From the NCBI GenBank assembly GCA_963758525.1, contig CAVWVQ010000003.1, positions 128,001 to 192,000 on the forward strand: a stretch of DNA of 64,000 bases. The letters are read 5' to 3'. The translations under genes and the position numbers were made by a program. Positions 56,674 through 64,000 of this stretch are shown one piece after another. The notes under the pieces were generated by a model. That model was given only the letters and a program-made list of their open reading frames with translations. It ran no database searches and had not been told where the DNA came from. How positions within the stretch are numbered: position 1 is the first letter of the stretch; each line of letters begins with the position of its first letter. The stretch comes from an uncultured Phycisphaerales bacterium (lineage in GTDB: Bacteria > Planctomycetota > Phycisphaerae > Tepidisphaerales > Tepidisphaeraceae).

Positions 56674-58331
56674 GGATGACGCCGCCCGATGACACCCGGA
56701 AAATGGCCTTTGCGCCCGCGGGCTTCGCCGCGCTGGCGGAACGTCTGCGCGCGTGCGGTTTGTTCCTGATCGCGATGCGGTCCGACGGAACGATCGCCGC
56801 ATATGATTCCTCTGCCAGCCCGCTGTTCACGAAATATTTTCTTCCCCTCTTCGAGAGCGATGCGGAGATCAACGGGTCGGCCGCTGAATCGGCCGGCGAG
56901 GTCTCCGTTGTTCCGTCGCCCGCGGCGCCGGGGATTCTGCTCGGCTCGATCCCCTGGCTCGAGCGGCGTCAGCGCATCGGTTTGCTGCTGATCGCAGGGA
57001 TCGACCCGGCGTTCCATCTCGACGACAACGCGCGACGGCTCTGTGCCGCCCTGGGAATTGATGCCGCCACGATCGCGAGCCTCGCCCTCTCGCTGTCGCG
57101 GCACGACACCGCCTCCATCACCGCTCATGCCCGCCTGCTCGTAGGCATGGCAGCGGACCAGCAGCGCATTGCCGCCGCCGACCGCGAACTGCGATCGCTC
57201 TCCGAGCAGCTTTCGGGAAGCTATGAAGAACTGAGCCTCGTGTATCAGGTCAGCGGCGGCATGCGGCTCGACCGACCCGCGGCCGATTTCTTTCAGCAAC
57301 TGTGCCTCGACCTGATGCCGGTGCTGCAGGTCCGCGGCCTGGGGTTCGCTTTGCACCGCGACGTTCCGATCAAACTTGCCCCCGCCGTCTACGGCGAGAT
57401 CGAGCTTGCCGCCGATGACCTCCGCACTCTCGGCGACATCCTGATGACGCGCCTGCGCGGACGGGTGCTCCCGTTTCTGCTGAGCGATTTGAAGAACGAC
57501 CCGGAATTGCGATGGCTCGAACATTCAGCCCGCTCGCTGCTGGCGGTTCCATTGGGACCGCAGGAGCGGCCTCTGGGCTGCCTCTACGCGCTCGATAAAA
57601 AGACCGGCGACTTCGACTCCTCCGACGCCAAGCTCGTGCGATCGCTCGCGGATGAATCGTCGATCTATTTGGAAAACGCGCGGCTCTTCGACGATCTCCA
57701 CGGCCTGCTCATGGGCCTGCTCCACAGCCTTACCAGCGCGGTCGACGCAAAGGACACCTACACCTGCGGCCACAGCCAGCGCGTCGCGCTGCTGAGCCGG
57801 CATCTGGCGCGAGCCGCCGGCCTGAGTGATGAAGATGTCGAGCAAATCTACGTCGCGGCATTGCTGCACGACGTTGGGAAAATTGGCGTCCCTGAAGGCG
57901 TGCTGCAAAAGGCCGGCAAGCTGACCGACGAGGAATTCGCGCAGATGAAGCGGCATCCGCTGATCGGCTCGCGCATCCTGCAGGACGTGCGCCAGCTTCG
58001 CCATGTTCTCCCGGGCGTGCTGCATCATCACGAGCGGTTCGACGGCCGCGGCTATCCCGACGGATTGGCCGACGACCACATTCCGCTCATGGGCCGGATC
58101 ATCTGCCTTGCCGATTCGTTTGACGCGATGACCTCCGACCGGACCTACCGCAAAGGGATGCCCGTTGAAGTTGCATTGGCGGAAATCAGGAAGTGCTCGG
58201 GCACGCACTTTGACCCGAAGCTCGCCGAGGCGTTTCTGCAAACCAGCGGCGAAGATTACCGCGAACTGCTCCGCGACCACGGCGACAAATCGCGGGCGCT
58301 GCTGCAGCGCCGCGAAGGGAAGGCCGCGTGA
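56670..58331 (+). CDS. GAF + HD-GYP cyclic di-GMP phosphodiesterase
   Basis: DAKDTYTCGHSQRV, LLHDVGKIG, HHHERFDGRGYPDGL, ADSFDAMTSDRTYR. Confidence 0.92.
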   Translation: MRMTPPDDTRKMAFAPAGFAALAERLRACGLFLIAMRSDGTIAAYDSSASPLFTKYFLPLFESDAEINGSAAESAGEVSVVPSPAAPGILLGSIPWLERRQRIGLLLIAGIDPAFHLDDNARRLCAALGIDAATIASLALSLSRHDTASITAHARLLVGMAADQQRIAAADRELRSLSEQLSGSYEELSLVYQVSGGMRLDRPAADFFQQLCLDLMPVLQVRGLGFALHRDVPIKLAPAVYGEIELAADDLRTLGDILMTRLRGRVLPFLLSDLKNDPELRWLEHSARSLLAVPLGPQERPLGCLYALDKKTGDFDSSDAKLVRSLADESSIYLENARLFDDLHGLLMGLLHSLTSAVDAKDTYTCGHSQRVALLSRHLARAAGLSDEDVEQIYVAALLHDVGKIGVPEGVLQKAGKLTDEEFAQMKRHPLIGSRILQDVRQLRHVLPGVLHHHERFDGRGYPDGLADDHIPLMGRIICLADSFDAMTSDRTYRKGMPVEVALAEIRKCSGTHFDPKLAEAFLQTSGEDYRELLRDHGDKSRALLQRREGKAA

Positions 58332-58648
58332 AGTTCGAGGAATACAACAATCTCTCGGTCCTCCGACCCGAGGGAGATCTCGCCGGTCCTGAGGCCGACG
58401 CATTGCGCCGGGTCGCCGACGCGCAGGTGAGCCGCGGCGCAGCGGATCTGGTCATCGATTTCGAGGCCGTTCCCTTTGTCAGCGGAGCCGGGCTGGAAGC
58501 GTTGCTGTCCGTGAAGCGCCGGTGCGAATCCCGATCGGGGCGATTGCGGCTGGCGCGCCTGACCGACAATTGCCGCAAGATTCTGGAACTGACCCGGCTC
58601 GACGACACGTTCGATTGTCACGGCAGTCTTCCCGAGGCGATGAAGTGA
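58328..58648 (+). CDS. STAS domain protein
   Basis: LVIDFEAVPFVSGAGLEAL, ILELTRLD. Confidence 0.85.
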   Translation: MKFEEYNNLSVLRPEGDLAGPEADALRRVADAQVSRGAADLVIDFEAVPFVSGAGLEALLSVKRRCESRSGRLRLARLTDNCRKILELTRLDDTFDCHGSLPEAMK

Positions 58649-58655
58649 CGGGGAA

Positions 58656-60348
58656 ATGAGCACGACCGCTGAAATCAAACCTCTGGGGAAGCAGCTCCTC
58701 GAACGTGGAATCATCCAGTCGAGCCAGTTGGAAGCCGCGCTGCTGGAACAACGCAACAGCGGCTTTGCGCGTCTGCTCGGCGAAATCCTGCTGGAGCAGC
58801 ACGCCTGTTCTGATGAACAAGTCGCACTGGCCGTTGCCGAGTCGCACGGCGTTCCTTTTGCCCACGTCAGCCCGCGGCTGGCCGATCCGCTGGCGGTGGC
58901 ACTGCTGCCCAAGGATTTTCTCGAACATAACGTGATCCTCCCGCTGTTTCTGGTGGAAGGGATGCTGACGGTCGCGATCGCCGAGCCGGCAAACATGTAT
59001 CTTGCCGAGGAAATCGAACGGCGCACCGGATACCGCGTTCAGCTCGTGGCGTCTCCCGCGCGATATTCGCGCCACGCTCGACGCCTACCTCGCGGGCGAA
59101 AAAATGTTCGTGGTCGACGAAGTGCTCGAAGCCGGCGCCGGCGATTTTTCACTGCCGTCGCCCGCGCGCATGCCCCCCGCGGATGATCCGGCGCTGGACG
59201 CGCCCGTCGTGAAGCTGACCAATGCTGTTCTCTTCAACGCGGTCCGCGAAGGGGCGAGCGACGTGCACATCGAGCCGGGTGAAGCAGAGTTGCGCGTGCG
59301 CTATCGCGTGGACGGACGCCTCTTCGAGCGCATGCGTCCGCCCTTTCGGATGCGCGACGCGTTGACCGCCCGCCTCAAGCTGCTGGCCGGACTCGATGTC
59401 GCCCAGCGGCGCCTGCCGCAGGACGGCTCGATTCGCATGACCGCCAACGGCCAATCCGTCGCGCTGCGCATCAGCACCGTGCCAGGCCGGTACGGCGAAA
59501 CCGTCGTCGTTCATCTCTCCGAGGAAGAGCGCGGCACGCTGCGCCTCGAGAAGCTCGGCTTTGCATACGAAACGCTCAAGCAATGGAAGAAACTGATCTC
59601 CCGCCCCAGCGGACTGATCCTCGTCTGCGGCCCCTCCGGCAGCGGCAAGCGCGACACGCTCTGCGCCGCCCTTACCGAGCGCAGCAGCGCCGAGCTGAAT
59701 ATCTGCAGCGTCGAAGAGCCGATCGAGCGCACGCTGCCGGGCGTCAATCAGTTCCCTGTCGACGACCGCAGCGGCTTCACCTTCGCGTCAGCCGTGCGTT
59801 CGCTGCTCCGCCAGGAGCCGGATATTCTGATGATTTCCTGGCTGCGCGACTCCGACACCGCCAAGCTCGCCGCCCAGGCGGCCCTCACCGGCCGGCTCGT
59901 TTTCGCCGCGCTTCATGCGAACGACGCCCCCGCCGCGATCGCGCGGATGACCTATCTGGGAGTCGAGCCCTATGCCATCGGGGCCACGATCGCCGGCGTG
60001 CTCGCCCAGCGCCAAGTCAGAAAGCTCTGTTCTCATTGCAAGGAAATCTGCGAACCGACCGCGGCGCAAAGGCGGCAGATTGAGCCATTCGTCGGCTCCG
60101 TCGAGAAGCTCTTTCGCGCCAAAGGCTGCGACAAGTGCCACAACCTCGGCTACGCCGGCCGGCTCGGCATTCACGAGCTGCTGATCTGTGACGACGCTTT
60201 GTCCGAGCGCATCAGCCAGGGCGCGCCGCTCACCGAGCTGCGCGAATTGGCCGCAAAGACGAACATGAAGCCCCTGCGTGTCGACGGCCTGGAAAAGGTC
60301 AAATCCGGGCTAACGACGCTGGACGAGGTGTATCGGGTAACGGGGTAA
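58656..60348 (+). CDS. MshEN-domain GspE/PilB-family ATPase with atypical Walker motifs (frameshift at ~59060)
   Basis: LGKQLLERGII...ALLEQ, LGEILL; ASDVHIEP, RYRVDG, RRLPQDG, GPSGSGKRDT, LLRQEPDILMISWLRD, CSHC..CDKC. Confidence 0.85.
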
Positions 60349-60358
60349 GGCTAGAGAG

Positions 60359-60543
60359 AGGCACGAAGGCACGAAGGCACAAAGGCACGAAGGGGATGAC
60401 GCTGCGCGACAAGAAGGGGAAGTCTTTATCCTGCGTCCTCTTTGTGCTTTCGTCCCTTCCTCCAGCCTTCGCCTCCGTCCTTCGTGCCTTCCCCGAGCCT
60501 TTCTTCCCCTCCGTGCCTTCGTGCCTACGTGCCTTCGTGCCTT
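60359..60543. repeat. AGGCACGA array plus inverted array
   Basis: Forward 60359-60393, reverse ~60480-60543. Confidence 0.8.
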
Positions 60544-60553
60544 CCCTGGTACC

Positions 60554-60581
60554 TTGTCAACTCCGCACGGTTTGCTATCTT
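60554..60581 (+). promoter_or_regulatory. sigma70-type promoter for the tRNA
   Basis: TTGTCA-16 nt-TATCTT with extended TG, 12 nt before the tRNA. Confidence 0.55.
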
Positions 60582-60593
60582 CAACAGGACGTT

Positions 60594-60666
60594 GGCAGCG
60601 TAGCTCAGTTGGTAGAGCGCGGGATTCATAAGCCCAAGGTCACAGGTTCGACTCCTGTCGCTGCTA
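60594..60666 (+). tRNA. tRNA with CAT anticodon, probably elongator tRNA-Met; CCA not encoded
   Basis: Acceptor ggcagcg/cgctgct, D-arm gctc-agttggta-gagc, loop ttCATaa (60627-60629), T-arm acagg-ttcgact-cctgt. Confidence 0.92.
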
Positions 60667-60722
60667 TTCCGGCAAAGGCCCGACTCCGCGAGATTTCACG
60701 GTGTGGGAACCCAGACGGCATT

Positions 60723-60818
60723 ATGCCCTCCCCTTTCCCTGGCATGGATCCCTACCTCGGAGGCTCCTGCTGGGTTGCTTCCTCCACGAGTTCCCAATGC
60801 GTGACGGCGATTCGGTAG
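60723..60818 (+). pseudogene. DUF4058-family N-terminal remnant
   Basis: MPSPFPGMDPYL, then decays (FLHEF in a shifted frame). Confidence 0.6.
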
Positions 60819-61016
60819 ATCCGCGACGACGCGAAGCGACTGACAGGCCGCCTCGGCGAAGTTGCACCACATCCGATCGGTGATGCAGGATAAGCAAGAT
60901 CGAGAATTTAATGCCTTCGTTGGATTAGGTGCGTCACCCGATGCATAGCGTATTCGAGTTCGATGCGCCCGTTATCCGCCGTGGGGCAGCGGTTCCGCTT
61001 TGCGTCGTCGCGGATC
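60818..61016. mobile_element. 199-bp MITE/REPIN-like element with 21-bp terminal inverted repeats
   Basis: gatccgcgacgacgcgaagcg vs cgctttgcgtcgtcgcggatc (one mismatch). Confidence 0.5.
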
Positions 61017-61137
61017 GCTCGTTGCCGCGGACGGCCGGAAATCGCCGCACGCGGAGATGAAACCGTTCACCGATGCATGGTGAACATGACGAAAGCCTCA
61101 ACTCATATCGAACCGGGAAATAGCTTTGGATGCGCCG

Positions 61138-61890
61138 CTACGCCCATTCGGTCTTGACCACGACGCACCCGGCCATGAGGTCGTGCAGGCACTGGTTGTT
61201 GGGGGTGAAGACCATCATCACGTACCCGATCATGAGGATGAGCTGCGAGATGATTTTTCCGAAGTGCCGGCCGGTGGCTCGGCCGAAGGAGATTTGATTT
61301 CCGGAGAGATCGGTCACTTTCAGACCCAGCAGACGTTTGCCAATGGTCGATTGCTGCGAGCCGCTCTCGAGCATGCAGCAGTAGATCCACGCGACGGTGA
61401 TGAAGATGAGGCGGATGAAATTGCCGACGGTGTGCGCGTTGGACCGGACCGCGTCATGGCCGACATACCAGACGAAGGCGGTGGTCATTGCAAATCCGAT
61501 GGCGAGGATGATCAGGCCGTCGATGAAGCTCGCCATGAATCGCATCCAGAAGCCGGCATAGGTGAGCTGGGTTCGGCCGAACGCCGTGTAGTCGTTGGCA
61601 GATGTTTGCGTAACGCCGGCGGCGAGGGTTGCCAAAAGGGGTTGCGGCGCCGGGATGGATGCAATCTGGGGCGGTTGCGTTAATGATGCCGGGGACGCGT
61701 CGAACAAATCATTGACCGACGATGCCGGCACCCAGTCGGCGGCACCTTCGGTCCAGATCAGATCGTCGGGCTTCAGTTCATGGTCGGCGGCAAGTTTTTG
61801 CAGCACCGGCCAATCGAACGGACCTTCCTGCTGCCCGTCGCGGGCAACATACCATCCCTGACTCACGGAAGTCGCCTGGTTGGTTGTCAT
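61138..61890 (-). CDS. GYF_2 (DUF4339) + RDD domain membrane protein
   Basis: WYVARDGQQEGPF...IWTEGAADW; YAGFWMRFMASFID, TIGKRLLGLKV, LHDLMAG. Confidence 0.9.
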   Translation of the reverse strand: MTTNQATSVSQGWYVARDGQQEGPFDWPVLQKLAADHELKPDDLIWTEGAADWVPASSVNDLFDASPASLTQPPQIASIPAPQPLLATLAAGVTQTSANDYTAFGRTQLTYAGFWMRFMASFIDGLIILAIGFAMTTAFVWYVGHDAVRSNAHTVGNFIRLIFITVAWIYCCMLESGSQQSTIGKRLLGLKVTDLSGNQISFGRATGRHFGKIISQLILMIGYVMMVFTPNNQCLHDLMAGCVVVKTEWA

Positions 61891-62255
61891 TCTCGATCTC
61901 CGCCTCGAGTTATTACGCCAGAACGAATGGCCGTTAGCAGCGCGTGGTTAAAGTCGCGCGGCCTCCGCTTGGGAGACATTAACCATGGGCTGCGAGGTCC
62001 GAATATTTTGATCGCGTCAGAACCAGCCTGTGACGTTTCCATCGGCTGTCGCCAACTGCTGCTGAACCTGCTGAATAAATGCGTTGTCAGGAGTCACTCA
62101 CGCGTTCCGCGTGAAATCACCTGTTTGTCGCCCGAATTCAAGCACGCCCGCTGCCGAGTCTGCCCGATATATGAGCGGGCGCTTCCCTGGTTACGCTGCC
62201 ATGAAATCGTTGGCGCGTGGGAAGTCGCCAGTTTCGGGGCCACCAGCGGGATCCA

Positions 62256-63491
62256 ATGTCGGACTCATTCTCGTTTTTGAGTTGTGCCCCTGAAGCTTCC
62301 CGCGCTGAGTGGAGCTTTCTCACCCGATGCATCGCGATGCAGTTGGGAGGCGCGACCACCGCGGCAGCGGTCCCGCCCGACGCGAAGGGTCTGAACTGGA
62401 ATACGATCCTCCGACTGGCCGAGGCGCATCGTGTCGTGCCGCTGCTGTCGGCGGCGGTGCTGGCGAATCAGGCGAAGGGCGTCTCGCCGAAGGCCGCCGC
62501 TGATCTGAAGGGTCGCTTTCGCTACTACTCACAACGCGGAATGTCGTTCGTCATGGAGCTTCGCAATGTGCTGGGTTCGCTCCGCCAGGCAGGAATCCCG
62601 TGCATTCCCCTCAAGGGGCCGGTGCTGACGGTCGGCAGTTATCGGAAGCTGGGGCTTCGTGATTTTGATGACTTGGATCTGCTGGTGGCGCCCGCGGACG
62701 TCACGCGCGCGGTCGCGGCGCTGGCGAACATTGGATATGCGGGCTGGGACATTCCAGCGCAATGGGTCGCGACGCACCTCCGCACCGAATCCGAACACAA
62801 CCTGGTGTGCGACCAGCGGAAGGTCACCGTCGATCTGCATTGGGCCATCGGCCGCAGATACTTCACGATGCCGATGGATTTTGAATCGCTCTGGAACCGC
62901 TCGGCGCACACGAAGCTGATCGGATCGGCGGTGCCGGACCTCTGTGCCGAGGATACGGTTCTCTTCCTCTGCTACCACGGCGGCAAACATCTCTTCTCGC
63001 GGCTGACGTGGGTATGCGATGTCGCGGCCACCATCACGGCTCATCCGAATCTGGACTGGGATGCGCTGCTGGCGATGGCCGCCGGGATGAACGCGCGACG
63101 ATTGCTGCTTCTGGGGCTGCGCCTGGCCCGGGAGATGCTGGGATCTGAACTCCCCGTCCGAATCCGAGCGATGATTGAAGCGGAATCGGCCCTGGAGCCG
63201 CTGGTGGCGATGGTGTTGCGAGGCATCTTCGACGAAACAAATTCCAAGCCCGCGTTGCAGCAACAAATCGAGGCTTCGCTCTTTCATCTGCGAGCCCGCG
63301 AGCGGATGTCCGACCGGCTGCGATATCTGTTTTGGGCCGCCGCCCCAAACGCCCGCGACTGGCGCGACTCGCGTCTCCCGCAGTCGCTCAGCTTTCTGCT
63401 GGTGCTGACCCGACCACTTCGCCTGCTCAGGAAGAATACGTCCCCTGATCACGCCTCCTCCGTTCCCTCCACGATGAGTCTGCCGGGCTAG
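62256..63491 (+). CDS. NTP_transf_5-type nucleotidyltransferase
   Basis: IPLKGPVL, RDFDDLDLLV, VDLHW, HGGKH..RLTWVCDV. Confidence 0.8.
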   Translation: MSDSFSFLSCAPEASRAEWSFLTRCIAMQLGGATTAAAVPPDAKGLNWNTILRLAEAHRVVPLLSAAVLANQAKGVSPKAAADLKGRFRYYSQRGMSFVMELRNVLGSLRQAGIPCIPLKGPVLTVGSYRKLGLRDFDDLDLLVAPADVTRAVAALANIGYAGWDIPAQWVATHLRTESEHNLVCDQRKVTVDLHWAIGRRYFTMPMDFESLWNRSAHTKLIGSAVPDLCAEDTVLFLCYHGGKHLFSRLTWVCDVAATITAHPNLDWDALLAMAAGMNARRLLLLGLRLAREMLGSELPVRIRAMIEAESALEPLVAMVLRGIFDETNSKPALQQQIEASLFHLRARERMSDRLRYLFWAAAPNARDWRDSRLPQSLSFLLVLTRPLRLLRKNTSPDHASSVPSTMSLPG

Positions 63492-63502
63492 CTGTATGCG
63501 GG

Positions 63503-64000
63503 TTATGTTGGAATTGATCGCAATCGCTTCTCACCCGCCCTGCGCAATCGAGCGGTCGCAGGGTCGTTGCTGTCCGGCTTTTGCATCCCGGTGGGCTTGC
63601 CAGATGGCACCTCTCGAACCGGGAAATACCGCTTTAATTGCAAGAACCACTTCTCGTAGCAATGGAAGCTGATGAACGCCGCGGCGACGCTGATCAGCGC
63701 TGCTATGCAGGAATAGAGGATGGTTGTCGGCGTAGGACCCAGGTGAGGCAGGCGTGTGCCGATGGATTCATAAATGACTCTATTGAGCAACTGATGGAAC
63801 ACATAGATCCCGTAACTGTATCGGCCGAGAGTGACGAACGGCGACCTCGCAAGCAGGGGCATCACGAAGGATCGTGCATTCATCAGCGCGCCTTCGGCAA
63901 CGAGCCAGCACGAGAACAGCGCCACGAGGGTGCATTCCATCACGGAAGCAACTTTATTCTGAAACAGCACGCCGTGCATGACTCGCTGGCAGACCAGAAA
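63503..64000 (-). CDS. acyltransferase-3 (OafA-like) family, 3' part only
   Basis: LGRYSYGIYVFH, SFHCYEKWFLQLKRYF. Confidence 0.8.
   Translation of the reverse strand, partial: FLVCQRVMHGVLFQNKVASVMECTLVALFSCWLVAEGALMNARSFVMPLLARSPFVTLGRYSYGIYVFHQLLNRVIYESIGTRLPHLGPTPTTILYSCIAALISVAAAFISFHCYEKWFLQLKRYFPVREVPSGKPTGMQKPDSNDPATARLRRAGEKRLRSIPT

Noticed and set aside
62256..63491. Lasso-peptide cluster suggested by the NTP_transf_5 gene
   Set aside because: No cyclase, B protein or precursor in the window; the adjacent acyltransferase fits polysaccharide modification equally well

Overview
A 64-kb, high-GC chromosomal segment, most likely from a planctomycete (probably Phycisphaerae). Support for this: the PVC signature small basic protein, an LExRxLL-motif protein, a DUF4058 remnant, two Uma2 nucleases, a DUF4159 protein and a very long SecA. 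Most genes are housekeeping: ispG (3' end), argC, dedA, clpC, M3 oligoendopeptidase, rsmA, an aminotransferase, RNase E/G, hpf-EIIA-ptsH-ptsI, an ECF sigma/anti-sigma pair, rluB, mtnB-mtnD-mtnC, trpF, rhamnulokinase, secA and tRNA-Met(CAT). Intergenic regions carry many short inverted/tandem repeats and three small toxin-antitoxin-like modules. About 15 small indels split nine otherwise intact genes; all lie in or beside GCGC, pointing to motif-specific (probably methylation-linked) long-read errors rather than pseudogenes. Strongest leads: (1) a leader ORF ending FRLPPPTL whose last codons can pair over the secA Shine-Dalgarno and start, a SecM-like switch; (2) ArgC fused to a Clp N-domain that keeps one apparent phospho-arginine pocket; (3) a pilM-pilN-pilO/histidine kinase/receiver/HD-GYP/STAS/degenerate MshEN-PilB operon; (4) an unannotated ~350-nt structured transcript encoding a Cys-rich 11-aa peptide; (5) a TA islet flanked by a 17-bp duplication of part of the small-basic-protein promoter. 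All family calls come from motif recognition by eye; no searches were run.
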